Under the pieces are notes generated by a model. That model was not told the DNA's origin and ran no database searches. It was given only the letters and a program-made list of their open reading frames with translations. A stretch of 64,000 bases of DNA, from the NCBI GenBank assembly GCA_016199085.1, contig JACQHJ010000001.1, forward strand, positions 3,334-67,333, given 5' to 3'. This document shows positions 1 to 11,202 of this stretch, piece by piece. This stretch comes from Candidatus Levyibacteriota bacterium. GTDB taxonomy: Bacteria; Patescibacteriota; Microgenomatia; Levybacterales; UBA12049. Every line of letters starts with the position of its first letter. Positions within the stretch are counted from its first letter, which is position 1. The translations under genes and the position numbers were made by a program.

Positions 1-763
<763 letters not shown>

Positions 764-806
764 CTAGGTTAGTTTAATAGTAAAAGCAATATGCAAGTGC
801 TACAAT

Positions 807-2579
807 ATGGGCACGATGGATGAGGTTTCCCAAATAAGAGAAAAAATAGATTTAGTCTCCTTTATTTCAGAATATCTTCCCTTAAAGAAAATGGGAAGAA
901 ACTTTACGGTTGTCTGTCCTTTTCATAGTGAAAAAACACCATCTTTTGTCGTCTCTCCAGAGAGACAGATCTGGCATTGCTTTTCATGTTCGAAGGGTGG
1001 GGACGCGTATACCTTTTTAATGGAATACGAAAACATAGAGTTTGGCGAAGCTTTGCGAATCTTAGCCAAAAAAACCGGTATTGAACTTAGGCAATCAGAA
1101 TTTAGGAAAGGCCAGTCTTCTTTAAAAGAAAAACTTTTTGAAATTAATAAGCTTTCCTTAAAGTTTTATAAATATATCTTACTTGAACATAGCGCCGGAA
1201 AACCTGCAAGAGATTATCTTTTGGAAAAAAGAAAGCTAAATAAAGGCATTATTGATACTTTTGATTTAGGTTTTTCTCCAAACACTCAAAGCTCATTATC
1301 TGACTATTTGGTAAAGAAAAAAGGTTTTAAGCCTCAAGATCTTTTGGACGCCGGAATTTCAATTCAAAGAAACGGGAAACTGATGGATTTTTTCAGAAAC
1401 AGGATCATTTTTCCCCTTTTTGACCACAGGGGAAACGTTTCCGGTTTTTCAGGAAGAAGTCTAAATGAAACTGACATGCCAAAGTATATTAATACCAAAG
1501 AGACCCCTGTTTACCACAAGGGAAGTTTATTCTTCGGACTTAATTTGGCCAAAGAAGAGATAAAACAAAAAGCTGATGTCATTATAGTTGAAGGTGAATT
1601 TGACACAATTTCTCTATTTATGGAGGGAATTAAAAATGTAATTGCTATTAAAGGAACCGCTCTTACCGAAGAGCAGGTTACTCTAATCTCAAGATTTAGT
1701 CCAAAAGCTACACTTTGCTTGGACCAAGACGAAGCCGGATTTGAGGCAACCAAGCGAAGTTTACTTAACTTAGAGAAAAAAGGGTTAACAACCAATACGA
1801 TTGTTTTGGAAAATGCCAAAGATCCGGATGAAGCAATTAAAAAAGACCCAATTGCATTTAAAAAAGCGTTAAAAGAAGCAGTCAATATTTATGACTTTTT
1901 AATTTCAGCATATCTTTCTCAAAATCCAAAAGACACAATTGAAGGAAAGAAAAAAATCACCCAAAACCTTCTTCCTTTATTCTCACAGATCTCAAACGAA
2001 ATCATTAAAGAACACTACATTAAAAAATTAAGCACAAATTTGGATACTTCAATTGAAAGTATTAATAGGGAAATTGAAAAAATACAAAAACTTACCCAGG
2101 AAAAGATTGTCCCGCAATCTACAGACAAAAGACCGAGAAGGGAAATCTTAGAAGAATATTTACTTTCCTTAATTATTCAAAGCCCAAAACAAAAAGAAAC
2201 CTTGGAAGAAAACAAGAAGCTATTAAAAGACTATAAATTTGAGGTTCCTGCTTTTTTAAAAATCCTTGACAGCCTAAGTGTTTATTTTGCCAAAAACCAA
2301 AATTTTGACAATAGGCTTTTTTCAAATTACCTAGATAGCTCTCTGCAAAAATCATTTGATGTCTGCTTTTTGTATCCTCTTCCAAAACTAGATACATTTG
2401 AAAAATGGAGCCTGGAGGCAAAAAAAGTCAGCTTTGAGCTCTTAAATCTCTATGCCAAAGAAAGATTAAAAGAAATTACAGATGAGATTAAAAAAACTGA
2501 AGATAAAGAAAGCGCCAAAGCCCTAAAGCTAAAAGAAGAGTTTTCTGCCGTTTTAAGACTCCTTAGTCAAAAAGCCTGA
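807..2579 (+). CDS. dnaG: DNA primase (start may be the ATG at 816)
   Basis: CHC2 zinc finger CPFHSEKTPSF...HCFSC, PKYIN, TOPRIM motifs VEGEFD and LDQDEAG; directly upstream of rpoD. Confidence 0.97.
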   Translation: MGTMDEVSQIREKIDLVSFISEYLPLKKMGRNFTVVCPFHSEKTPSFVVSPERQIWHCFSCSKGGDAYTFLMEYENIEFGEALRILAKKTGIELRQSEFRKGQSSLKEKLFEINKLSLKFYKYILLEHSAGKPARDYLLEKRKLNKGIIDTFDLGFSPNTQSSLSDYLVKKKGFKPQDLLDAGISIQRNGKLMDFFRNRIIFPLFDHRGNVSGFSGRSLNETDMPKYINTKETPVYHKGSLFFGLNLAKEEIKQKADVIIVEGEFDTISLFMEGIKNVIAIKGTALTEEQVTLISRFSPKATLCLDQDEAGFEATKRSLLNLEKKGLTTNTIVLENAKDPDEAIKKDPIAFKKALKEAVNIYDFLISAYLSQNPKDTIEGKKKITQNLLPLFSQISNEIIKEHYIKKLSTNLDTSIESINREIEKIQKLTQEKIVPQSTDKRPRREILEEYLLSLIIQSPKQKETLEENKKLLKDYKFEVPAFLKILDSLSVYFAKNQNFDNRLFSNYLDSSLQKSFDVCFLYPLPKLDTFEKWSLEAKKVSFELLNLYAKERLKEITDEIKKTEDKESAKALKLKEEFSAVLRLLSQKA

Positions 2580-2624
2580 AGTATTTAAAAAGTAACGAAT
2601 TTCTGCTAAAATAGATATACTTTT

Positions 2625-3701
2625 ATGAAGCAGCCCAATTTACTTTCCGAGATTGTTTCGAGTGCAAAAAAAAGAGGCTACATTACCCAAGAGGAAATTC
2701 TCGCACTTTTCCCAAAACCAGAAGAGCACCTAGAAGAGCTAGATAAGCTTTATGACAAGTTAATGTCCCAAGATATTGACGTTTTTGAATCAGTTGCCGC
2801 CCAAAACGAAGAAGAAAAGCCGATTGAAGACTTGGAAAAAGAACTAGAAGCATTAACCGTCCTTACTGAGGGAACGGTTTCAGATCCGGTGAGGATGTAT
2901 TTAAAAGAAATCGGCAGAATTCCGCTTTTAACTTTTGATCAGGAAATTAACCTTGCCAAAAAGGTAGAAAAAGGTGATAAAAAATCAAAGCAAGTTTTAA
3001 TCAATTCAAATTTAAGGCTAGTTGTCTCAATTGCCAAAAAATATGTAGGACGTGGACTTACCTTACTTGATCTTATTCAGGAAGGAAACCAAGGGCTTAT
3101 TAGAGCAGTTGAGAAATATGACTGGAGAAGAGGTTTTAAATTTTCAACCTATGCAACGTGGTGGATAAGACAATCTATAACAAGAGCGATAGCCGACCAG
3201 GCAAGAACAATCAGGATCCCTGTTCATATGGTTGAAAACATCAATAGGTTTTTAAGGGCTTCAAGAAAACTGATGCAAGAACTTGGCCGTGAGCCAACTC
3301 CCGAGGAAGTTGCAAAAGCTTTGGGAATTGAGCCAGATAAAGCTTTGGAGATTATTAAAATATCCCAAGAGCCCGCAAGTCTTGAATCTCCAGTAGGAGA
3401 TGAAGAAGACAGTAGACTAGGTGATTTTATCCACGATAGTTCTGCTCCGACTCTTTTTGATACGGCAAGTAGAGAACTTCTAAAAGAGCAAATTGAACAG
3501 GTTTTATCAACGCTTTCTGATAGAGAAAAAAGAGTTTTGGAAGAAAGATTTGGATTAAAAGATGGGAGACCAAAGACTTTGGAAGAAGTTGGTAAAATGT
3601 TTGCCGTAACAAGAGAAAGAATTAGACAAATTGAGGCCAAAGCGCTTAGAAAATTAAGACATCCATCAAGGGGAAATAAGCTCAAGGATTATCTAGGCTA
3701 A
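2625..3701 (+). CDS. rpoD: RNA polymerase primary sigma factor
   Basis: [50 protein letters not shown]. Confidence 0.98.
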   Translation: MKQPNLLSEIVSSAKKRGYITQEEILALFPKPEEHLEELDKLYDKLMSQDIDVFESVAAQNEEEKPIEDLEKELEALTVLTEGTVSDPVRMYLKEIGRIPLLTFDQEINLAKKVEKGDKKSKQVLINSNLRLVVSIAKKYVGRGLTLLDLIQEGNQGLIRAVEKYDWRRGFKFSTYATWWIRQSITRAIADQARTIRIPVHMVENINRFLRASRKLMQELGREPTPEEVAKALGIEPDKALEIIKISQEPASLESPVGDEEDSRLGDFIHDSSAPTLFDTASRELLKEQIEQVLSTLSDREKRVLEERFGLKDGRPKTLEEVGKMFAVTRERIRQIEAKALRKLRHPSRGNKLKDYLG

Positions 3702-5128
3702 GCAGTAACTACTCTGATTGTTGAAGTGCCACTTTTTGAAGTCCAATGATCTCCGTGTAGAGCAATAAAATTATCTCCTTTTTTGCAAAGGTTGGCGTCT
3801 TTAATTTTTGTTAAAGCTTTTTCAATATCTGACTTGGTTATTTCGCTTTTTTTGTCCAAAGAATCCTGATAAATAGGCATTACACCATAACTTAAGGAAA
3901 GCTTTCTGACAAGATCATCCTTAGGACAAAAGGCAAAAATAGGCACATGAGGTCTGTATCGGGATAGCATTCTGGCTGTTTTGCCGCTTTCGGTAAAGAT
4001 TAAAAACCCTTTTACAGTCTCTTTTTTTATCTTTAATACCTTGTAAAGGTTAAACGCACTATCGCAGACCATCTGGGATGTATCGGAAAGCTCGTAGGAA
4101 AAGACATTCCTAATATCCGGTACTCTATTCTTATTTTCACTATAAGAAACAACTTTTGTCATTATTGAAACGGCTTGGATAGGGTATTTCCCGCTTGCGG
4201 TTTCCCCAGATAGCATTACGCTATCTGTAAAATCATAGACTGCGTTGGCAACGTCAGATACTTCAGCACGCGTTGGGATAGGTCTTTGGGTCATAGACTC
4301 AAGCATCTGCGTTGCTGTTATTACCGGTATTCCTTTTTGAATACAGTCTCTGATTATTTGTTTTTGGTAGAAGGGAACTTCTTCTAAAGATAGTTCTACT
4401 CCAAGGTCTCCTCTTGCAATCATAATGACGTCAGATTGAGCGACAATGTTTTCTATATCTAAAATAGCCTTGGGAGTCTCAATTTTAGCTACAATACTTG
4501 CTTTAAGATTTAGTTTTTTCATCTCTTTTTTTAGATAGGCAATGTCTTTGGTGCTTCTGACAAAAGAGAGTGCGACAAAGTCAATTTCTTTTTCTTTGGC
4601 AAGTTTAAGACCAATTCTATCTCCGTCGTGAAGTACTGGAAAATCAAAGTCCAGATTGGCAATATTGATAGTCTTTTTATTTAGAAGAATACCTGAAGAC
4701 AATGATTGAAGATATGTTTTTCCGTTCTCAATTCTAACTATAAATTGAAACAGTCCATCATCTGCAGAAACTTTTTGGCCCTGCCTTAAAGAGCTTATGA
4801 TATCGGGCGGATTAAAAGATATTCCTTTTTCACTTATTCCTAAAGCTTTTGAGACGAGTACTTTTTCTCCGATCTCAATCACAATTTTGTCAAACGGCAA
4901 AGAAAGTCTTACTTCAGGTCCTTGAAGATCTAAGAGTGTGGCTATAGAGGAATTTAGTTTTTTGGCTATCCTTTTTACCCTGTCAATTCTTTCACTATGC
5001 CATTCTAGGTCACTATGTTTAAAATTAAACCTAAAAACATTTACACCAAGACCAATTAGTTCTTCTATTTTTTCCTCAGAGTCTGTTGAAGGGCCGATTG
5101 TGGCAATAATCTTAGTTTGTTTTTGCAT
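3698..5128 (-). CDS. pyk: pyruvate kinase
   Basis: [45 protein letters not shown]. Confidence 0.97.
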   Translation of the reverse strand: MQKQTKIIATIGPSTDSEEKIEELIGLGVNVFRFNFKHSDLEWHSERIDRVKRIAKKLNSSIATLLDLQGPEVRLSLPFDKIVIEIGEKVLVSKALGISEKGISFNPPDIISSLRQGQKVSADDGLFQFIVRIENGKTYLQSLSSGILLNKKTINIANLDFDFPVLHDGDRIGLKLAKEKEIDFVALSFVRSTKDIAYLKKEMKKLNLKASIVAKIETPKAILDIENIVAQSDVIMIARGDLGVELSLEEVPFYQKQIIRDCIQKGIPVITATQMLESMTQRPIPTRAEVSDVANAVYDFTDSVMLSGETASGKYPIQAVSIMTKVVSYSENKNRVPDIRNVFSYELSDTSQMVCDSAFNLYKVLKIKKETVKGFLIFTESGKTARMLSRYRPHVPIFAFCPKDDLVRKLSLSYGVMPIYQDSLDKKSEITKSDIEKALTKIKDANLCKKGDNFIALHGDHWTSKSGTSTIRVVTA

Positions 5129-5171
5129 GATAAGTAATTTTACGGTATCTAAGATGGGGTGTAAAGGATTA

Positions 5172-5468
5172 TTAGCTAAAAGGGACGCCTCTTAAATCAT
5201 TTTCTGCAGCATATGTTCTTGCTCTATCCCTTCTTTGTAAAAAGATTACATATTCTTCCTTTGTTTGCACCCAAATCTCCCATTGCTTAGCAGATACGCT
5301 TCCATATACTGGCTCGGACGGTGGAGGTGGAATTTCTAGGGGCTCTGTTGGCCTAACTTCAATATGAACCGGTGGCGAAAATGCTTCTCTTTCTTTTCCT
5401 ACGCTGGGAGCAGCTATTACTGGTCTAGCAATAGTTCGTCTGGACCGAACTGGAACTGATAAAACCAT
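5172..5468 (-). CDS. hypothetical protein (Pro-rich, orphan-like)
   Basis: 98-aa ATG ORF filling the gap between pyk and the next gene; no recognised motif. Confidence 0.5.
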   Translation of the reverse strand: MVLSVPVRSRRTIARPVIAAPSVGKEREAFSPPVHIEVRPTEPLEIPPPPSEPVYGSVSAKQWEIWVQTKEEYVIFLQRRDRARTYAAENDLRGVPFS

Positions 5469-5566
5469 GGATATATTAATACTGTTATACTAGCTGTGAA
5501 AAGTCAATGGAGCATATATAGTGTTTTCACGTTGCTTTTAACGCTATTGCTTGCTAGAGATATTTT

Positions 5567-7210
5567 TTAATTACCTGATTCGATAACATCGCAGAAAAAT
5601 CTGGGGTTTTTGGCAATATCTTTTAAAACTCCTTCCGTTTCTCTTGCCGTTAAGCCTTGTGAGTCTACAAATTTTTCACCCTCTTTTTTTCTTTGTCTTT
5701 TTTGGACAATCGTGCCTCCGATTTTTTGGGTTTCTATTACATTTGAGATCTCATCTTCAAGGAAAACTGTTGCCCTAACAGCGTATTCTGGGGCATCAGA
5801 TTGAATTATTAAAAATCTTGTATCATATTTTTTATCCGCCTGGGCAAGTAAGCCTTCGTTTAATGTTTGTTTCTGTCCGCTCCAGAAAGGCAGATATCCG
5901 AAAGATTGCTTTCCGTGTGAATAATAAATATAGCCCCAAAGAGTATTAACATACAGTGGAGCAGTTACTGCACAGACTGAAAATTTATCTCCTTTCGCTT
6001 GTCTATATGTATAGTCAATAACCGCTTTTTCATCTTTTAGTAAAAATTGATCTCCTCCAAGCATTGACGTTGCCTTAAAGTTGTCTTTTGCCATTAAGTT
6101 GAGGTTTCCCAAAATTATGGCCAACAATAGAAGAAGTCCAAGGAATCTATAAGTTTTGTTATTTAAAATGTGATTAATGCCCAGTGCAAATAAAAGAGTA
6201 ACGGCACCAAAAATCGTCGTTTGGCCTACATGGACATTTAAAACTCCGCTTGAAAAGGCAAATAAAGGAAAAGTTGAGAAAACCCAGGCTAAAAGAAAAA
6301 TAAGCTCTGGTCTTTTCTTTTCCATTTTTACAGCCACTAAAACTAAAATAATAAAAATTGATAAAGCTAGAAAGTTATTAAACGAGAAAAAGGAGAAATA
6401 TAAAAGCTCGGAGAGTTTTTGGAAATAGTTGAAAAAGTTTTGAGAGATAATGACAAGATCCTGTCCGCTTGTGTAATAAAGCAGCGCTTTAAACCCCTGG
6501 AAATTCCATTTAAGCTCTGAGATTAAAAACGTGCTTAAAAGTAGAATTAAGAGCAAAGAATTTAGTACAAAGGTCTTAAGACTAATTTTTAGTTTGTAAT
6601 AGAGAAAAAAGATCGGATAAAAAAAGATAAGATAACCCAGATAGATATTTGATCCGGCAGATATGGCAAGGCCGACGACACTTATGGTAAGTCCAATATT
6701 TTTCTTTCTAAAAATAAATAGGGAAAGTCCTGTAAAAAAGATGATTGAGCCAATAACCATAAGTGAGGCATTAGATATAAGCTTGGAGAAGGCAAAAAAT
6801 TCATAAGAGAAGACCCACATGAGACAAGCAAGAATGCCAACCGATTTTTTCTCAAAGAGTAGTACCGAAACATAGTAGAGAACAAAGACCATTGAGAGAT
6901 CTAGGAGAATAAAGAAAAGCGCTGCAAAATTTACATTGAAGTTAAAAATTAAATAGACAGGGGCAAGAAGATAATACAAAAGGGGGCTATTAAATACTCC
7001 TGGTATATCTGTTTCTGGCCCTACAAGCTTTAGATCTCCTTTGGTAATAATCTCAACAATTCTTTGGGCGTCTCTTGCCTGATCATAGGCAAAAATAACA
7101 TTATCCCAAAGATTAAATACTCTTATAGAAAAACCGATTAAAAAAATAACTACGAGGGAGGATATTATAAGCCAGTTTTTCTTTAGAAACTGGGAAATTA
7201 ATAAATTCAT
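5567..7210 (-). CDS. multi-TM GT-C fold (ArnT/PMT-like) glycosyltransferase
   Basis: N-terminal TM followed by the acidic loop FAYDQARD, PLLYYL, and many TM helices. Confidence 0.65.
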   Translation of the reverse strand: MNLLISQFLKKNWLIISSLVVIFLIGFSIRVFNLWDNVIFAYDQARDAQRIVEIITKGDLKLVGPETDIPGVFNSPLLYYLLAPVYLIFNFNVNFAALFFILLDLSMVFVLYYVSVLLFEKKSVGILACLMWVFSYEFFAFSKLISNASLMVIGSIIFFTGLSLFIFRKKNIGLTISVVGLAISAGSNIYLGYLIFFYPIFFLYYKLKISLKTFVLNSLLLILLLSTFLISELKWNFQGFKALLYYTSGQDLVIISQNFFNYFQKLSELLYFSFFSFNNFLALSIFIILVLVAVKMEKKRPELIFLLAWVFSTFPLFAFSSGVLNVHVGQTTIFGAVTLLFALGINHILNNKTYRFLGLLLLLAIILGNLNLMAKDNFKATSMLGGDQFLLKDEKAVIDYTYRQAKGDKFSVCAVTAPLYVNTLWGYIYYSHGKQSFGYLPFWSGQKQTLNEGLLAQADKKYDTRFLIIQSDAPEYAVRATVFLEDEISNVIETQKIGGTIVQKRQRKKEGEKFVDSQGLTARETEGVLKDIAKNPRFFCDVIESGN

Positions 7211-7385
7211 GTTTTAGAACGCGAAATCTATATTATTAGTAACACAACGGATGAGCATTTGTAAACAGGCTTAAGATAACCTTGTTACGTTTACTTTATT
7301 CACCCGTTTTTTATATACGGCTATATTCTCTTTATATCTAAAAGAACTTATTTAGAAAATCTTAAATTTTTAAGGAGGTGATATA

Positions 7386-7523
7386 ATGAAAATACTAGCT
7401 CTCGCAGTTTTAGCTTTGGCATTTTCCTTTTTCGTAGGCAGTACTTTTGCCCAGACGGCAACTCCTACGCCAACAGTTACAGTGCCAACGCAAGCTCCAT
7501 CAACAGGCTTTGGAGGGGCTTAA
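7386..7523 (+). CDS. 45-aa secreted peptide, putative class F sortase substrate
   Basis: Perfect SD TAAGGAGGTG at 7371-7380. Translation MKILALAVLALAFSFFVGSTFAQTATPTPTVTVPTQAPSTGFGGA: signal peptide, Thr/Pro tract, APSTGFGG end. Stop is 5 nt before the sortase start. Confidence 0.85.
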   Translation: MKILALAVLALAFSFFVGSTFAQTATPTPTVTVPTQAPSTGFGGA

Positions 7524-7528
7524 AATAA

Positions 7529-8140
7529 TTGAAAAAACTACTCTTTCCCATAGTATTTCTTATAGTGATAGTAATCCTAGGACTTACCTTAGGAAAAGAG
7601 TATGTGGGAAAGCAAACGACATTATCAAAGGATAACCTTATTAATTCTCCAATTACTTCTAATGTTACCTCTAAGGAAGTTGAAGAAAATTTCAGCATTC
7701 CCCAAACTCTTATCATTAAATCCCTAAGTGTTAACGCAGTAGTTGAACAGGTAGGAATGGATAGTGAGGGTAAAATGGATATTCCCAGTCAAGTTCAAAA
7801 CGTCGCCTGGTATAACTTAGGATATAAGCCTGGCGCAAAAGGCCCAGCTGTATTTGCAGGGCATTTAGATACAAAAACAGGAGATCCTGCAGTTTTTTAT
7901 AACATTGCAAATTTAAATAGCGGAGATACGATCAGCGTTATTGATGAAAACGGAAAGAAACTTACCTTTGAGGTTGAAAGGGTAGCTTCTTATGAATATA
8001 ATAAGTTTCCTCTACAAGAAGTCTTTGCAGATGCAAGCGCAAAAAGACTTAATTTAATAACCTGCGGAGGAGATTGGGATAAGCTTTCAAAAAACTATTC
8101 CAATAGAACTGTTGTGTATTCCGTATTGAAAGAGCAATAA
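7529..8140 (+). CDS. class F sortase
   Basis: N-terminal anchor, VAWY..G..PG..GPAVFAGHLD, LNLITCGG, NRTVVY (His/Cys/Arg triad); TTG start with GGAGG upstream. Confidence 0.9.
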   Translation: MKKLLFPIVFLIVIVILGLTLGKEYVGKQTTLSKDNLINSPITSNVTSKEVEENFSIPQTLIIKSLSVNAVVEQVGMDSEGKMDIPSQVQNVAWYNLGYKPGAKGPAVFAGHLDTKTGDPAVFYNIANLNSGDTISVIDENGKKLTFEVERVASYEYNKFPLQEVFADASAKRLNLITCGGDWDKLSKNYSNRTVVYSVLKEQ

Positions 8141-8181
8141 GCCTGGATTTACCCCTCAATTTTTGTTAAAATATCTTACAT

Positions 8182-8253
8182 TCCGTGATAGCTCAATGGT
8201 AGAGCAGGTCGCTGTTAACGACAAGGTTCTAGGTTCGAGTCCTAGTCACGGAG
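8182..8253 (+). tRNA. tRNA-Asn(GTT), CCA not encoded
   Basis: Acceptor stem TCCGTGA/TCACGGA, D arm GCTC..GAGC, anticodon loop CTGTTAA, T arm CTAGG TTCGAGT CCTAG, discriminator G. Confidence 0.96.
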
Positions 8254-8311
8254 CTGCATATTTTAGCCTCAAGATTGACATTTATCATATTAGTCTTATA
8301 AGATAATATCA

Positions 8312-10009
8312 ATGCTTAGGGTTTTGAAAGCAAATTTATTGAAAAACAGGCTTTATACAGCTTTTTTCCTTCTGGTACTTTTTTTCTTTTCATTTCTCTT
8401 TGTTGGTACTAAGCCAGCGCTTTCGCAAAATGAAAACAATGAGGACACAAAAGTGGTTCAAATTAAACGTGATGGCAGGGAATTTACAACCAGAATCCTC
8501 AAAGAAGTTGCCGACCCGCTTTATCAAAGACCACAAAGAGAAGGAAGCCTTATAGTTAAATTCCGCCCAAACGTTTCCGAATCCGAACAAGACCAAATTA
8601 ATAAAACAATTGGTGTTTTAAAAACAGAGAAACTTTATCTTTCAAAAACAAAAAGAATTAAAGTCTCCCAAAGTAACGTTGAGAAAGCGCTTAATGCATA
8701 TAAAAGTAATGTTAACGTAGAATATGTAACGGTTGATCGTATAGCAAAAGCTCTCCTTACTCCCAATGATCCTTCCTTTTCCCAGCAATGGGGACTGACA
8801 AAAGTCGGTGCCGTGGGGACTTGGGATATTGCAACAAGCTCCTCACAAACCAGAATTGCAATTTTGGACTGTGGCATCTATGACAGCGCTTCAACATATA
8901 GGGGTCCTGATGGTAATTTTGGTCATCCTGATATTAGAGACAAAGTTATCTCTCGCGTCAATTTCACAACAGCACAAGACGCTGACGATTTTTGCAATCA
9001 CGGAACGCACGTTGCGGGAATAGCAGCAGCCTCAACCAATAATGGTATTGGTGTTGCAGGTTTAGGCTACAATGCAAGTATTGTTAATGTTAAAGTTTTG
9101 GGTGACAACGGCTCTGGTTCTTTCAGCTGGATTATTAACGGAATTTTATGGGCTTCAGGCTGCGACACTGATCCTTGCGGACCAAGACGGGCAGACATCA
9201 TTAATATGAGCCTTGGTGCAACAGGAACTTGCGATTTACTCCTTCAAGAAGCAATTGATAAAGCGTGGCAGCAGGGAATGGTTATTGTTGCTGCAGCTGG
9301 CAATAGCGGCGCAAATGGAGCAATAACGCCTGCAAACTGCAACAATGTCATTGGTGTAGCAGCTTCAGATCAAAACGACAACAAAGCCAGCTTTTCTAAT
9401 TTCGGACAAAACGTTGATGTGGCAGCTCCCGGGGTAAGCATTTTGTCCACAAACTATGTTGGAGGCTACTCTTCATTTAATGGCACTTCCATGGCTTCTC
9501 CTTTTGTTGCAGGACTTACTGCTTTAATTTGGAATACTTCATATAACACAACTAATAACGGTGTTGTTAACCGCATTTTCCAAACAGCCAATGCAAATAA
9601 ACTAGCCGGTTCAGTGTATGGAAGAATAGACGCTTATAGCGCAGTTATAGCAAACGGGGCAACACCAACACCTACGCTTACACCAACCCCAACTTTAACG
9701 CCAACGCCTACTCCTTCCCCAACGCCAACTCCTACGCCTTTAAGCTGTAGTGCGCCAACTATTTTAAGTCATTCAGATACAAATGTAACAAGAGGAGGAA
9801 CTGTAAGCTTTTCCTGGAATACTGTTTTAGGTGCAACAAGGTATAGGGTTCAAAGGCAAAATACTAACGGTTCATGGTCAACCCGTACAACAACCTCGGC
9901 AAAAAGCTTTAACGGAACAGACTCCTCAAATGATCCCAACTGGCGGGTATTTGTTTATTCAGGAAGTTGCACTCCGCTTCCTGGTCCCGCAACTGTTTTT
10001 GACCCGTAA
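8312..10009 (+). CDS. secreted S8 subtilisin/thermitase-like protease with PT linker and C-terminal beta domain
   Basis: Catalytic motifs IAILDCG, HGTHVAG, AAAGN, GTSMASP; signal peptide and propeptide. Confidence 0.93.
   Translation: MLRVLKANLLKNRLYTAFFLLVLFFFSFLFVGTKPALSQNENNEDTKVVQIKRDGREFTTRILKEVADPLYQRPQREGSLIVKFRPNVSESEQDQINKTIGVLKTEKLYLSKTKRIKVSQSNVEKALNAYKSNVNVEYVTVDRIAKALLTPNDPSFSQQWGLTKVGAVGTWDIATSSSQTRIAILDCGIYDSASTYRGPDGNFGHPDIRDKVISRVNFTTAQDADDFCNHGTHVAGIAAASTNNGIGVAGLGYNASIVNVKVLGDNGSGSFSWIINGILWASGCDTDPCGPRRADIINMSLGATGTCDLLLQEAIDKAWQQGMVIVAAAGNSGANGAITPANCNNVIGVAASDQNDNKASFSNFGQNVDVAAPGVSILSTNYVGGYSSFNGTSMASPFVAGLTALIWNTSYNTTNNGVVNRIFQTANANKLAGSVYGRIDAYSAVIANGATPTPTLTPTPTLTPTPTPSPTPTPTPLSCSAPTILSHSDTNVTRGGTVSFSWNTVLGATRYRVQRQNTNGSWSTRTTTSAKSFNGTDSSNDPNWRVFVYSGSCTPLPGPATVFDP
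9662..9739 (+). repeat. coding Thr-Pro low-complexity linker
   Basis: Encodes TPTPTLTPTPTLTPTPTPSPTPTPTP with varied codons. Confidence 0.85.
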
Positions 10010-10040
10010 GACGCTAAGTGTAGTAGAATAAAAAGGATTT

Positions 10041-11093
10041 ATGAAAAAAGCTTTGGTATTTTTGTGCGTTATTTTACTTATTATTATCACAGTAGAGTCA
10101 TTATATATTTTTCAAAACAAATGGTTTAGGCAAAATATTGTTGAGAGCATTGTTAAACCAAAACCTATTCCAAAACCTTTAACTGCCTACACGTTTGAAA
10201 ACTTAAAAAAAACAAAGTTTCCCAAAAACCAAATAACACTAGGTCCTGTTATAAGCGAAACAAAGGATTTTTTTTCGCAAATGTTTTATTTTTCAGTACC
10301 CAAAACTCCGACAGGAAAGCAAATGGAAAAAGTGTCAGGGCTTGCCAATATTCCTAAAAAGAATGGGGAATATCCGGTGATTGTAATGCTTAGGGGGTTT
10401 ATTCCAGAGGAAAGTTATAAACCCGGGTCTGGAACCCAGCCTTCTGCAAGTCAGCTCGTAAAGAGCGGTTTTATAACACTTGCTCCGGATTTTTTAGGAT
10501 TTGGAGAGAGTGCAAGTAGTTCAGCAGATGCGTTTGAGGGAAGATTTCAGACATATACAACAGCTCTTACCCTGCTTTCATCTCTTCCCACTTTAAACAG
10601 CGGTTTAGAAAAGATTTACGCTGGAACCATCTCTGCAGATTTGGAAAAGATAGGGCTTTGGGGGCATAGTAACGGAGGTCATATTGCGCTATCAACTCTT
10701 GCCATAAGTGAGGTTTCGTATCCAACAGTTCTTTGGTCTCCTGTTTCCAAGTCTTTTCCTTATTCAATTTTGTATTACACCGATGAATATGATGACCAGG
10801 GAAAAGTTATGCGAAAATCTTTATCTGATTTTGAAAAGCTTTATGACGCAGAATTATTTTCCCCAGAAAAATATTACAAATGGATTAAAGCTCCTATAGA
10901 AATTAACCAGGGAACAGCGGATCAAGAAGTTTTGTACTGGTGGTCTGACGAATTAGTAGAAACCTTGAAAGAAAACAATATTCCTGTTACTTATTTTACC
11001 TATCCAGGGGCAAATCATAATCTGGTTCCATCAGGCTGGTCGAGTGCAGTTTTAAACACAATTGATTTTTATAAAAAGGAATTTAATAAGTAG
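10041..11093 (+). CDS. membrane-anchored alpha/beta hydrolase (S9-like)
   Basis: Nucleophile elbow GHSNGG, GTADQEV, YPGANHN; N-terminal TM. Confidence 0.85.
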   Translation: MKKALVFLCVILLIIITVESLYIFQNKWFRQNIVESIVKPKPIPKPLTAYTFENLKKTKFPKNQITLGPVISETKDFFSQMFYFSVPKTPTGKQMEKVSGLANIPKKNGEYPVIVMLRGFIPEESYKPGSGTQPSASQLVKSGFITLAPDFLGFGESASSSADAFEGRFQTYTTALTLLSSLPTLNSGLEKIYAGTISADLEKIGLWGHSNGGHIALSTLAISEVSYPTVLWSPVSKSFPYSILYYTDEYDDQGKVMRKSLSDFEKLYDAELFSPEKYYKWIKAPIEINQGTADQEVLYWWSDELVETLKENNIPVTYFTYPGANHNLVPSGWSSAVLNTIDFYKKEFNK

Positions 11094-11202
11094 CAAAACT
11101 TATTCTATGGATTATAAAGTAGTTATTATTGAAGAAAGCTAAGAAAAAGGGTTTGGTAAAGGAAATAGGTTCTAACACCCTTCATCCCACGGAGCAAAGT
11201 TT

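Noticed and set aside
7447-7716. ORFs 7447-7635 (+) and 7477-7716 (-)
   Set aside because: Shadow frames of the 7386 peptide and the sortase
9662-9739. Tandem repeat as CRISPR or VNTR
   Set aside because: Codon-varied Thr-Pro linker inside a CDS; no repeat-spacer structure seen here or elsewhere in the window
11143-11183. Hairpin between convergent genes as a terminator
   Set aside because: Imperfect stem with a long loop; not enough support
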